Source: Marsupella aquatica (lineage: Eukaryota > Plantae > Marchantiophyta). From it: 64,000 nt of DNA. Each line of letters begins with the position of its first letter. Positions within the stretch are counted from its first letter, which is position 1. Positions 12,969 through 26,057 of the stretch are shown piece by piece. A program made the position numbers and the translations under genes. Location: assembly GCA_973895155.1 (NCBI GenBank), contig OZ316896.1, positions 1,054,001 to 1,118,000 on the forward strand, in the 5' to 3' direction. A model generated the notes under the pieces. The model did no database searches. It was given only the letters and a program-made list of their open reading frames with translations, and was not told the DNA's origin.

Positions 12969-14084
12969 ACTACTTCAGTTTGCACTCATCAGTGTTTGAC
13001 ACTTTTCCCCTTATCTTCTTCAATTTTTAGGATTGCATTTGTTTTTCTTTTTCCTTGTTTGGTGTTTGTCCTTGTTGAACCTCTTTTTCTTTCCTTTTTT
13101 TGTATTTTTTTCCCTGATTTATAAACTCTGACACACTTTTACAAATATCTATACTCAAGAAAAGGCACAGGAAAGAAAAAATAGTACACGACTCAAGAGA
13201 GTCCAAAAGGAATACCTACAAAATGGAAATTCATAAGGTGGAGGATCTAAATAATAATCTTCTTTATTGAAGGGTGAAACATTTTTAAAAGTTTTTTTAC
13301 TAATGAAAGGAAACGGTGCACCAGGTGTATACCAAAGACCATCGTGGAAAAGACCAGCATGTACAGGGAAAAACACAGCCCCAAAGGCCAGAGCACAAAA
13401 AAACATTGCAACGCCAACAGTTGCCAATTGACCCAGGATCACCAATTAGAGACCTTAGGCAGCAAATGGATCCAAGTCAGCCACATTGAACTCACATATC
13501 ATTAGTCAAGTGAGAATCCTATAAATTGGGTGAGGGGTCCCATCCTCCTTTGACCAGAGATTTCTAGAGCTTACGAGCCCATGTTTCTAGGGAAATTTCT
13601 GATCTCCATCCCTGTTCATGAAGGGTGAAATACTAAAACCTAAGAAATTCAGCATCAAAGAAAGCCTACATTCCGACCAGACAGTTAGGTTCTGCTTTTG
13701 CATGTAGCATGTGTTTATATGCCACAGTGCTTGCACTAATGAAGGAATCATTATTTAAAAAAATACAAAAGTATAAACCAGGGGTTTAGGCTTGTTCAAA
13801 GGTGGTTTTCCCTTTGAAATGCCTAGGAGGTGTAGGCTTTGGATGAGATGTGTACGGTCCGTTACAAATTAATTTTTGTCGAATCATGATTGAGGTCCCC
13901 TTCCCACGGCCTATAAGTTTTCCCATTGGCAATCCCCAAAAGGTGACTCAAATGAGCCTGAACCTCATCTATCCATCTCTAGAGGAGGTCTTTTCTGTTG
14001 GTTTCAAGGTCCATTGAGCCGTAGCTCACTCAAAGATCTCAACTCAAACCCAGATGTGTTTTATGAAACTTTCTGGTATCCGGG

Positions 14085-14655
14085 CATTATGTGCCGCTTC
14101 CCCAAAAATGAATGCTTTGGTTCAAGTTTTGCAGGGCTATTACTGCCCAGAATGCTCTTATTAGAGGGGGTTAATACAGTTAAAGGTCTACAATTTTTTG
14201 AATAGTATTTTTAGCATACAGTAAATAAGGTCCTGTTTAGAGCGCATTGTGGGATGTGATGCCCCCAAAAAGAGAACTTGAGCTTGAGCTTTGAGGGTCT
14301 ATTACTGCCCTCAATGCTTGAGAAGGATACCCTTAATACATGGAAGGCCTAAGAGATTATATTTTTGTGATTTTAGTAAACTAAAGGAGAATCTCAGTAA
14401 CAAGGGGATCAAAATCTTGACTGCCCATTGTTCTCCCAAAATGCCCCAGTCGAAATCTGGATCAACTCTTTAGGAATAATTTGCTTTAGTTTTGGTAAAA
14501 TCATTTAAAATAAAAATCTCTCAGGCCTTTGAGTTTAGTAAGGTCCTATTTCCGGAGCATTATGGGCAATAACAGACTCTCAAAATTTGGACTCAAACTC
14601 TCAATTTTTGAGACATTCTATCCAACAATGCCCTCTGAACATGACTTTATTATAT
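14085..14655. repeat. Old foldback-like repeat: inverted arms 14225-14323 / 14550-14652; related copy at ~55545-55630
   Basis: The reverse complement of 14225-14323 (..CAGTAATAGACCCTCAAAGCTCAAGCTCAAGTTCTCTTTTTGGGGGCATCACATCCCACAATGCGCTCTAAACAGGACCTTAT) aligns with 14550-14652 and with 55545-55628. A further arm-like copy lies at 14085-14160. Confidence 0.6.
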
Positions 14656-15536
14656 ACATAGAGGAGAAGTTTTAGATTGCCTCAGCCAAATCTGGACAGC
14701 GAATTCTGGTCTAGAAAGCACCAAATTTACAAAAATTTCTTTTGATGTTCTTTGTGAAGTTTCTATTTGTAACATCTGGTGCATTTATGACCAAGAATGC
14801 ACAAACAAGATTTGGATCAGCTCACTATGAGAATTGTCCTATACTTTTAGTAAGAACAGCAACAATAAATATTCTCTTCAGCCCTTAATTGTAACAATAT
14901 CTAGCATTAATTTATTGTTGTCAAAGACAATTATTGCCCTTGAAAGCTTGAGCCAGGATCTTCATTTAGGAGCCTTATGGCACAATGCACAATGGGGTCA
15001 AGGTAACTGCACATCAGACAGCAATAATTGGACACATAAGAAGAATATCACTCAGTGATATTGAAAGAACAATAAGGTTTATAGTGGTATGGAAAGTAAG
15101 CTCAACTTGTGAGCATTGATATAATAGAACAATAAATTTATAGTGTACTTTAACCTTTAAGCACTTGCCATTAACAAAGTATTATGCAACTAGAAATTAT
15201 GGTTTAAGAAAAATGCCTTGTTAAAAGTAGGTCCCTATATTAGGGTGTCTCAAAATTAAAAGTAGCGGACATATTAGGGCGACTGGGTTTGCATTCAAGC
15301 GACCCGCGGCCCATTCTGCTCGGTTGACTGTTTTCTGAGCCGCACTCTTTGGTCCGGGACTTTTCATGCGGACCATGACCTAACCCAACTTAACCAGCCT
15401 GAAGTTACCTGTCCAAGTGAGTGTTGGAGACTCCTGCCATCAAGCCACACTACTATTTTAAATGTTTTTTGAGATGGCCTATTGGAAAACCTCATGCCGA
15501 CCTATAACTGTAGTTTACTTCTCCATCACTGCATGG

Positions 15537-15652
15537 CTCGAGCTCGAGCCTCATAGGGCCCCCACAGCTCGAGCCTTATAGGGGTCCCCACTGCTCGAGC
15601 CTTATAGGGGTCCCCACTGCTCGAGCCTTATAGGGTCCCGGCTCCCCACAGT
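15537..15652. repeat. Tandem repeat, ~25-bp unit x4
   Basis: CTCGAGCCTTATAGGGGTCCCCACTG repeated; every unit carries CTCGAG. Confidence 0.85.
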
Positions 15653-17189
15653 GGCAGAGTGGGCCAGTACCAAAGACCAACACGGTTCCGTTATTGAACC
15701 GCGTGTAGAGGACGCGAACAGCAACCGAGTAGATTGAAGGCCATGCGGCGGCATTGATGGCGGCCAAATGTCAGGGACGTTGCGGAATGGAGGGTGGCGG
15801 ATGCCGGTGGATCTGGATGGATTGTGCTGCAAGAACGGTGCAGTCGTGTACAATTCATGGCCGGAATAGTACAAAAGTACAATACGGTCTGGCCGGGTCT
15901 GGGATTGCGTCGCACGGTCTCAGCGTCTTTCTCTGCCCATAATAATTAATTGATAATACTAGCGTAGTGCTAGGGTTATCTCGATTCCCGCATAACATGA
16001 ATAATTTATTATTAAGAACTTTGGGCCCCACTAAAACATTGTTTTGGGGTCCTTGCCCGACCAGTCCAATTTTTAAGTTTTTCTTGTTGGCCAGTTGAGG
16101 GACCGTCACTTGGTTCAAGGGAGACACAATTTTCCTGTATTAGTTTATGATTCCTGTATTAGTTTATGATCATGACAAGGTCATAAACCTAGGTACAAAC
16201 CGTGTTAACCAAATTGTTTATTTTTGATATATAATATTCATCTTGTTACAATCCATTATTAGTTTGAGATTCTCGCCCACTCCATGAGGGCAATCATAGA
16301 GTTCAAACTGACTATGTAGCTTGATAAGAGTGTGATTGATCAAGTAAAATGACATCAAAAGGTAAATGTGTAGTGGATAACACAAGGGTCTCATACGGGG
16401 TCTACCTGATTGGTTGAATATATTATTATTATTATTATAGTCAAACTAGAATCAAGGATCTATGGTTGCATTGACGTACCAAAGTGCCAAAGCACGGACT
16501 CTCAACTCAGTTGAATATATTGTGCATGGCTAATGTATTCAAATTACGAATGAAAGTTCTTATAACGGCATTGGTGTACCCAAGCGTCACAGCCCGGCTC
16601 TCCCACTTTGTTAAATACATTGTGGCTATTGTATCCAAATTAAATTACAAAAGAAAGAGTTTAAGGCTGCATTGAAAGGTGAAAGTGCCGTAGTGTCCTC
16701 AACCTCATTGCTTTTTTTTGAAGAGAATGTGAATATGATGTAAAAAGTCAATAATTTTTAAAATTCAAATATGCCATCCTTTTATGAAACCTGTTGTGAA
16801 CCTGCTTTGTTTGCATTGAGTTTATGTTCATTTCTCAACATTTTCTTGTGCTACTTGTTCTTGCTTTTCCTACGCATGTTCCTCCTATGTACCCTTCAAC
16901 ATGTGCGAACTGAAATGAAGGAGCACCCATACAATATCATTGGGCCAATATAAGTTTATGTTTACAATTTGCCGGTTCTTAGGCTAAATACATTCTGCAT
17001 AATGCATTCTGTTACGTTCAAGATGCACATATACATTTTGATTTTATGTGCCCCTGTTGCAGTTTGCCCTAAACTGTGGTACTCTAACTATGTGTATATG
17101 TTGTTGTCAATGTATACAAGTTCTAAACGCAATGCTCCGTATCGTGCTACGGCCACGCGGTGAATGATTCGCTTCACATTGTGATTGTA

Positions 17190-17452
17190 CACTGTTCTTC
17201 GTAATTAATGTTATGCAAGAATTAGTGTTAGTACAAAATTAGTGTTAGTTCATAATTAATGCAAGAATAATGTTAGTTCAAAATAGTTTTTTTTTCTCTA
17301 TTTTGTCACTCTTAAGATCATAGTAACACTAATTCATGTGCACGAAAATAATGTTAGCACAAAATTAGTGTGATTAACACTAATTTGTGAGTAGACCATA
17401 AAAATGGGCACTCTCAAATTAGTGTTAGTCACACTAATTACGGTGAACAGTG
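17190..17452. mobile_element. MITE (263 bp) with ~23-bp TIRs and TA target site
   Basis: Left end CACTGTTCTTCGTAATTAATGTT; right end reverse complement CACTGTTCACCGTAATTAGTGTG. TA flanks both ends. Interior is rich in ATTAGTGTTAG / CTAACACTAAT motifs. Confidence 0.75.
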
Positions 17453-19372
17453 TAGTTGGAAGCATTTGGTGACACGGTCAGACACTCATCAACTATAAAA
17501 CATCATGCGTTTGACAATGAGTTTCTCTCATTATAAGGACTGAAAATTATGTTATAAGAACTTTTGACACAAAATTGTACCTTTAGTGGGCCTGGAGGTC
17601 CACTTGGACAAGATATGCATCTTTTGGTCGTAAAGGAAAAAAATTACATTTATGGGTTAATTATATCTCTCCACAAAACTTACCAAAATTTTATAAAAAG
17701 GGGCTAATACCTTTTTGAGAGGTGGAATCTAGCAATTCTTGCCACTAAATGAAACTTGCCAAACCTCTAAAGAATTGTAGGGATATTCCTAGTATCCTGA
17801 TGTAAACAACATTTTGTTGTATGTATTGTTTTTAAATTAAAAAATACATTCGACTTTGAGTTAGTTACTCAAAGAATAATCCAGTTCCTGGACTCGCGTG
17901 GATGCCACTGCGGTACTAACAAGAGTATTCATGGGTGTCAATATGCGAACAAACAATGGCCTATTGGCTAGGCAGGGCCTTTTCCTACGGCCAGGACTGC
18001 TCAGATTGGGAATAGTGGGCCCTGCATGCTCCGATTGAGAAGTCTTGCGTCCAATTGTTGTTTCACCCATTCCTAAGAGTAGTCAGATCTGTAATGATGT
18101 ACTGTAAGTAGAACATTACATCTGTTTAAAATTTGTGAATTTAAGAAAATGGCAGGGAATATCTGAGAAACTCAAGACATTCTTCAGTGCAACTAGTGAC
18201 ACTTAAACCTTTAAAAATTCACACATTTTAAACTACTGGGTTTTCCCCCAATGGAAGGAGGTTTATTATATTATACTTTGGCCCTAGCATGCATAAATTA
18301 CTGTAGCAAGACACTATTCCCCTCTTGTGTAGTGTTACCAACACTAATTTATAGTTTGCACACATTAGATGCTAACAATAATTGCTGTGAGGGTGTAGGT
18401 TTCTTTTACTTTTTGTTAGAACAGTATCAAGGTAAGATTCTGGTACAGAACATCTTTTAGTGTGAATGGGTTTTGGAAACTGTAGCCCCCTTATATGGAC
18501 CTTCAGTCTCATGTGACCAAAGAGCTATTTGGTCACAAACCTGGCTTTAGTCATTGCTCCCATAGTCCAACGACAGACTTGATGGCCATATGATTGGAAA
18601 AGAGCTCAGGGGGAGGCCCCTTCTTTTAAAATTGACTTTCTGGGCCCCCTTGGACGTGCCTCCCCTCTCTTCATAAAAATACTGGTCAATCTTGGTTTGA
18701 CCCTGCATCTCCTTCATAGCATCTGGCCTTGCTGCCTCCAGGTCTTTTGTGTCCTGCACTTACAACCTCTCTAAACAGTGACCATAGAGAAACCTCAGGC
18801 AATTTCTTAAACTCTACAACCTCAACACTACACATTGCAGGAGGGCTTTAGGCTCACAGGGTTGCAAAGCAAAAGCGTAAGGTTATGGACGAGCAGGAGG
18901 TTGATGCTGCAGGATTTAGTCTCTCGATGTTTCTTCCCTTTCACTCGTCTCCTCCATTTCATTCAGCAGCATAGGGCCATGTTGCCTCCCACATTTGCTA
19001 CCTCCCTAAACGGTGACCATGCAGGGCCCAGTCACGATTGAACCAGGATTGTATGGATAGAGAGATTGTAGGAGACGAGGGGGCAGCAGGTCCTCAGGGC
19101 GAGAAAGTCTCTTTTTAAAGAAGGTGCCATCCTGGGGCCTTTTCCATTCAGGGTGCCCCACCAAGTCTTTTCTTGTCCTATAGTATACAATGTCTAACAA
19201 TATGAGCAAACAAACGCTCTGCCTATTATTCACAAAGATGTGAGCATCAAGTATATAAACTGTCAAAGAACAAAAATGGCCAAAAATATGATACCAAAGG
19301 CCAGAAATCAAGTACTTTTGGGTACGACGTAATAAATCCATCCTCCCAGATCTCAACCTGGTCCATTGCCTG

Positions 19373-20461
19373 ACAGCGCATTAAATCTACACTGCGTTAA
19401 TGCTCCCCAATTTTCCTGGGCCCCCGTACACTGCCCGTCCCAGTCCCCGATGCTGCTGCCCGTTCCGGCCCGAGTGTGGCAAAACATAAACCAATACTCT
19501 ACCATTTTGTCATGCGCTCCGGCCCGATCAATTTTGCGCTATCGACTTTGGGTTTATGTTTTGCACCCTTCACTTTTTGTTGCCCGATGTTATGTTTTAA
19601 GAGCCTAGTGTTTTGGTTAAGAGGCATGATTGATAGAGCCTTGGTTGACGTTTTGCCAAATGCTTCTTCTCAATGGAGTTATGGTTTATGTTCTGGCAAC
19701 ACTTTTTTCCAATGGAGTCATGCCTATTTCGTAATAGAGTCTAAGTGTTAAGGGGAGCCTAACACTTTGGTTGAGACTCATGGTTGACAGAGTCTTCGTT
19801 TACGTTGTGCCATATATTTATTCTCTATGGAGTTATGGTTTATGTTCTCGCAACACTACTTTCCAATGGAGCCATGCCTATTTCATAATAGAGTCTAAGT
19901 GTTAAGGGGAGCCTAACTCTTCGGTTCATACTCATGGTTGATAGAGTCTTGGTTTATGTTGTGCCATATACTTATTCTCTATGGAGTTATGGTTTATGTT
20001 CTGGTAACACTTCTTTCCAATGGAGTCATGCCTATTTTTGAATAGAATCTAAGTGTTAAGGGGAGCCTAGCACTTTGGTTCAGACTCATGGTTGATAGAG
20101 TCTTGGTTTATGTTGTGCCATATACTTAAATTCTCTATGGAGTTGTGGATGGTTTATGTTTTGGCAACACTTCTTTCCAAAAAGTTGAAGGCACAAGGTC
20201 CTGGCATGCACAAGGTCCTGACATGCACAAGGTCAATTGAGCGGATCGGGCTACAAAAAGTGAAGGGTGCCAAAACATAAACCGAAAGTCGATGGCACAA
20301 AATTAATCGGGCCGGAGCGCCTGACAAAATGGTAGAGTATTGGTTTATGTTTTGCCACACTCAGGCCGGAACGGGCAGCAGCATCGGGGATCGGGACGGG
20401 CAGTGTACGGGGGCCCAGGAAAATTGGGGAGCATTAACGCAGTGTAGATTTAACGCGCGGT
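19373..20461. mobile_element. Non-autonomous Mutator-like TIR element, ~215-bp TIRs, 9-bp TSD CATTGCCTG, internal 154-bp tandem array
   Basis: 19373-~19590 is the near-perfect reverse complement of ~20245-20461. CATTGCCTG at 19364-19372 and 20462-20470. Internal unit starts at ~19628, 19781, 19935 and 20089. Confidence 0.88.
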
Positions 20462-23400
20462 CATTGCCTGTGATGAATGACCTCGTGAGTCGTGATGCTC
20501 TCAAGTGTTTTAAAGATTTTGTGACCGTTGCGCACTTCCGATTATGACATTTCTAGAATCATGATTATGTCGAGAACGATGTTCCAGACTCCTACATTTA
20601 CTTTCTCTGGAGGATTGTCACAGGCTTTCGAAAACATGCTAAAATGCAGGCAAATAATGACAAGCGATCAATCAAGTGTGCCCACACCCCAGGATTGTAT
20701 TGTGTTGTATTGTAGTGTAGAGCTCCAGTACTGGAGTACTGGACCGTCACTGTTTTGCAGCTTTTGACGGGAACAAGACAAACAGCGATAAATTATGGTA
20801 AATTTATCGCGATTCGCTCTGCTCACAAGGATAATTGTTCGTAGGTGCACTTGGAATTCTCACGCGGTTACGTACTCGCTGGTACACATGTGCTCCACTC
20901 CACTGTTGTGGAATCATCCGCCCCGGTGATATGGTGATCGTTGAATGTCCATGAATTGCGGCCTACGAGATTTGTTGTCGCACTGAGATACGCAACACCG
21001 TTCATTGAGAATACGCATTTATTGTACGCATCCAGTGCCGGTGTTTTTTCTGCTAGATCGAACGCCGAGAGTGTAATTCAATATAGAATCTTTCAAGGCC
21101 AAGTACATGGGTCGCAGAGTGCCAACAAACACGGTCCACCTCAGGTCTTGGTTCCAAGTTTAAGTTCTGAACTCTTCGGGAGTACTTTTCTTTTCTTAAT
21201 TCGCTCTTTGCTTCGAAAAGAAAAGTTTGTTACTCGTTGGACCTCTTTTTTCTCTGGACCACTATTTCTTGCCGTTCATTGTACTTTGTTTTTTTCCTGG
21301 TATACAAACTAGAATGAAGTTGTGTTCCATAAATGTAGCTTTCGAAAGAAAATTATCGCCCTTAGTTTGGGAAAACTCTTTCTCGTTCTATCCGCCTTCC
21401 AAGACGAATTTTTGATTCTCGCTTTGGTTATGCTTAACAAAATCCCCATTTAGGTGGGAAACAATTGCGAGAGACAGTTGACATATTTTAATCGTACAGA
21501 AGTAGCCAAATTGTTTGCGAATGATGTGTAGACACAGCCTTGGAATCATCTACTGCAGGTGTAAAGCTAGAACGGTATTGCTGAATGGCAATTGACGGCC
21601 GTGCAGTCCACCGCGTAAGCTTGTAAAGGGTCTAAAGAAAATGAACTACTGTAGCGACTAGAACGCCAGAACGTTCGTGCACAGAGATCCTCTCGTGAAG
21701 TGAGAGCCATGTCGAAAGCTAGAATGCGTTTTAATGGGTTCAAATTGACTAAGGAGTGCAATCTCATCGCCCGTGTGGTAACCAAGTGATTCGACCCAGT
21801 AAATATTACTGGCATTCCTGCACAATAGCACACGATGGAAGAGACTACTGTAGGCAGCATTTCGAACATCGAAAGCAGGGAATAATATCTCTAATTTCAA
21901 CAGCATACTACTGGACATTTCGCCACAGGACAGCACTTGTGGAATCGTTGACTATTCCTCCAATGCTGAACATTCCCTGGAACTCTCGCAGAAGGTGATA
22001 GGAAGACATCCACAGTGCCTACTGACAGAGCCTACAGGAAAGTTGGGTGTTCGATACAGCTGGCTGGCAAGATAGGCAAAGTTTCACCATCCGGATTACA
22101 GGTAGGTTGGATGCACTCGATCTTCTCTCTAATGTTCCTGGCCCCCACTTCTCTTAGAGTGTGGAAAGGTTCTTTGTTTCTTACTGCCAACGCATTGTAG
22201 GCGAGTGGAGACAACTGAATTCCAATTCATCTGTGCCCGGATTCGAAGTCATCTGTGCCCGGAATGCATACGAATATGACTGCCTACGCGCAGATCTATA
22301 CAAATGATCTCCCGGGATTCTAAAATTCGCATGCCTTCCATGCAAAACTCAGGCCGGTAAGGGTCGACTACATTATGCCGTCAATGACTCAGCGGCCTTC
22401 CTTTCTACCTGCAGTGCAAACTCGTATGCCAGCAGTCAGAATGGGTGAATCCACCGTTCCGTGCTGACTTTTTGAATGGAATTCAACTGGTGTTTTCAAG
22501 GCAAAACTAAATATAAAAATATACTGGTCCGAAACACAACTCCTTATTATTTTACCCTACTAGCCAAGTCTTCAATAATAATAATACTCGTGTAGGCTTT
22601 CCAGCCGCCAGACGGTGACTGGCGCTCCTCAGGGGCAGACCATGACAAGATTCCAGGTCAACCCAAAGTTAGAGCCACTGTTCAAAGGATGCGTGGTGAC
22701 CGAAACGCTGATAAGAAGTTGGGGACTTCTGGGAGTGAACTCGTCATGGTAAGCATTCTCTGTGGGTTCCATGGTCATGATTGCCAGCCCGTCCCCAATT
22801 GTGGTCGTCTTGACGGTCGCTGCCTCCATGAGAGAAAGTACTTTATCAGGTGAGACACAAAAACTCGAATCAATTGAAATTGATTCAACCCCATCGAGAA
22901 GGTCCCACAACCATCATACTTTGGTAATCAGGAACGTAGGCCATTTATGTGAGGGAGTCCCAACTCTGAAACAACGAAAGTGGACGAGCCCAGTGCGGGT
23001 TTGTAAAGCAACAAATTCATGTTCAGTCATCCGAGTCTCCGAGCCCCATGACCTGATGGGCCTGATCGAGGGATGGTGGTCAGCGCCCCCGACAGGAATC
23101 TTTTGCTCCGATTTCTCGAGTGCGGACTCGATCCGCGAAAAAATTCACATGCAGTTGCAGCCTCGTTCTGATTGAATTTCCGAATCAATGGCACTAGTGG
23201 ACTTCTGAACAGCCTTTTGTCCTTATTTATGAGATGGTTTGGTCTCACACGATAATGGAATGTGTCGCACCTGGAATGTCGTCTCATCGTCTAAACTAGC
23301 TGAGAAATTGCCACTTGGAATGTTCTTTCCTTGCCTCGAAAAGTTTCGAGAAATCCATTCATCGAAGCCACAAATGCTATTATATGACAAACCCCAAGCC

Positions 23401-23464
23401 AACAAACGCTAGATGACATACCTGCGTTCATTACCTTGTTTTACTTTCCAATTTCAATGAAAGG

Positions 23465-23885
23465 AACGCCGCCTGTCGTGGACATTGAGGTAGTCAATGT
23501 CAACAACGCCCGCAACAACGATCTGTCCACGAGGTGGGGATGGTCCGGTTGCTTGCCTAGATAGCATTGTGGTCAAGGTCTCATGCCATAGTGCCATATG
23601 TCTCAAATACAACTTCGCACAGACCGCTTTTCCCGAGGACCTTTGCATGGGGTCAACCGTTTCTAGGTGCTAGGATTGTGCCCAATAACAGATGATGATT
23701 TAGCCTTGAGCAAGAACAACTTACAGTGTAGATTTTGCGGCAAGTTCCTCTTCTACGACTGCTACAGAAGATTGACCATGCCGCAATTCAGAGCATTTCA
23801 ACCAACCAGAGCCAAAAGCTCGTGGTACCAAACTTGGGCACACCATATTCCTTTGCATTTGGTACTAGGTACACACATTCTTAAT
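23465..23885 (+). pseudogene. Fragment of a duplicated, decayed coding family (copy C; homologous to 39570-39990)
   Basis: PVVDIEVVNVNN..DLSTRWGW and LGLCPI.DD..LSK.NL.CRFCGKFL.Y.CYRRLTMPQFRAF are shared with 39.6-40.0 kb. Several differences are at synonymous third positions in the + frame. Confidence 0.55.
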
Positions 23886-24364
23886 TGACAGCATTTTAGA
23901 GCCTACTTGCATGTGGGCAGTACTCAAAACTCTTTGATCTAATGGGAAGGAAAACTGATCTCACTTTTCCACTATATCAAGCTTTTTTACAAGACCTTCT
24001 GAAGCATGTCGTTTTTGTTGTTTCATTTGTCATTTCAGAGTTCAGGACCTCAAGGTCAGGAAATTTACCGGTCAGTACCCTTGGTTCTCCATGTCAAAGA
24101 GGAGCTTGAGACATAAAATTTCTGGGTCAATATTTAATTGCCAACCACTAAGTTGAGGGCTAGAAAACGAAGAGCTGCCCACATGCCAGTTGCCTCCTAG
24201 TTTGTACCATTCTGTTGCCCACATGCAAGTTGCCTCCTAGTTTGTACCATTCTGTTGTCTATGTGTGTAACTTTGTTGTGACACTTATTAGGAGGAATGC
24301 GGCTGGTGAGTGGGCATATTTTGTTGCTTTCACAATCGTGGGCTGGAATCCTGTCATGTCAAGG

Positions 24365-24810
24365 GTTAGGTAGTTACTAGGATAAGGGTCCTATCAGGTG
24401 AATAAGTTAGGCTGAACAAGTTAGGTTGAGCGTTATTTTTTTTGCCTTGAAAACCAAAAGCAGGCCCATCCAACAGAGGATAGACGTCCTGCTTTGGAGC
24501 ATGCATTTCTATGTAGGGCAGCCACAAGGGGACAATACCCAACATCCTGCTTTGGAGCATGCATTTCTATGTAGGGCAGCCACAAGAGGACAATACCCAG
24601 GGATCCGACAGGGACCCAGACCAGGAGGGAGAGAGGATTAAACCAAAACCCAAAGTGGACAACCAGGGCTGAGGAGATAATCAATACTCCCGCCACTACA
24701 CCCCACCCCACACACACACACATACCCTCCACACCCCTTATGTGTGGAGGGAGGATTGAACCTGGGACCTCTTGGTGCTAGGCTCATCCTTTGGCCAACT
24801 GACCAACGTT
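24365..24810 (-). mobile_element. tRNA-derived SINE-like element (copy 1)
   Basis: Minus-strand head CGTTGGTCAGTTGGCCAAAGGATGAGCCTAGCACCAAGAGGTCCCAGGTTCAATCCTCCCTCCAC: A-box-like TGGTCAGTTGG (24795-24805) and B-box GGTTCAATCC (24753-24762). Followed by (GT)n and a body with an internal ~60-bp duplication. The left boundary is approximate. Confidence 0.6.
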
Positions 24811-25914
24811 ATTGAAACTAGCTTGCTTCTTGACTTGACTTTTTCAGGTGGCCATTTTTGTTTTTTTGGTGTTTCTCTAACAAACGGAAACATGTGTTTG
24901 AGGCCCCTTTCTAAAAGAAACCACATTTTTTAGGGCATTGGGTTTTGTATAATGTTTTGGAGGAATGCCATGTCTGGAATTTGATTTCCTTGCCATTTCC
25001 AAAAACGGCCCACCTATTTTCCCAGCCCATAGTTTTGGGGTACATCACGTTTTTGCCCTGGGTGCCTGAGGTTTCTCTTTTCTCCAGAGTAGCATCCTGT
25101 GTCTTGTGAACATCCTTTTGCTCCTCAGCCTATGGGTTATTAGCAACAGTTTCAAGTTGTTGTCCCCCATGCAAGGGCAGGTTCTACGCAGTACTCACCC
25201 ATCCGCCACTGGAAACACCACTAGGATATTTCCCGTACAACTTGAATGTGTAAAGCCTGCCGCCAGCATTCATCCTGAGCCAGTATCAAACTCTCCATTC
25301 CATTCTGGTACTGTTGTGGGCAAACTAGTTGCAAACAAGGTGTCCATAGGGTTCATACCAGAATTTTTTTAGTAGCAAACTTCTGTAAAATTCCACCCTG
25401 TTATACTTTCGCCACTTTTGGCAATAATTTGCCAGTGTTTGAGTCTCATTAGCCAGTCTCTCTCCCAGTCAAAAGGCGTATTTGTCATAATCTGATGGCT
25501 CTTCTCAAATCTAGGGAGATTTAGCCACCAAAACAAATCTAGAAAATGTCAATATTCTTAGCATCTTCTTGTTCACGCATGATAATATTTGCCACCATGG
25601 GGAATTGAAAAGACTTTTCAATTACCCTTGTTTAAACACTACCATAGGGACTATCAGGTCCCTCCACAAAACCTTAATATTCTTGCCTTTCAAACTATAT
25701 TGCGATGCCATAGATAATTTCTGTAGATTTCGTTAATATTCTTGCCTTTCAAAGTATATTGCAATGCCATAAAAAATTTCTGTAGATTTGACTTTTACTT
25801 TCTAAACAGTCATAATACACATAAGGGTATTGCTAACACATGCATGTCAGTTGGTCTCCAACTTTCACGAAAAGCACATAAACTTTTATCTTCGGGACTC
25901 AGATGTCCAACTGT

Positions 25915-26057
25915 AATTAGTTATTTTCTGAGCCAACCTGATTTGTGACTATGGTACAGTTTATGGTACTACATATTAGTTATTTTCTGAGCCAACCTGA
26001 TTTGTGACTACCGTACACTTTACGGTAGTACCCATTAGTTATTTTCTACGCCAATCT
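25915..26057. repeat. ~60-bp tandem repeat (host of the copia insertion); third unit resumes at 31176
   Basis: ATTAGTTATTTTCTGAGCCAACCTGATTTGTGACTA..GTACA.TTTA.GGTA x2. The third copy ends ..CCAATCT at 26057 and continues AATCTGATTTGTTCC.. at 31176. Confidence 0.85.

Noticed and set aside
17861-19360. Possible tyrosine-recombinase (MGETTIG..GRR) or Cys-rich transposase tail fragments
   Set aside because: Catalytic H-x-x-R / H / Y residues and Cys spacing are not recoverable; the similarity is too weak.
24743-24808. tRNA gene
   Set aside because: A/B boxes are present but there is no convincing cloverleaf or acceptor stem; it is attached to a repeated body, so it is treated as a SINE head.
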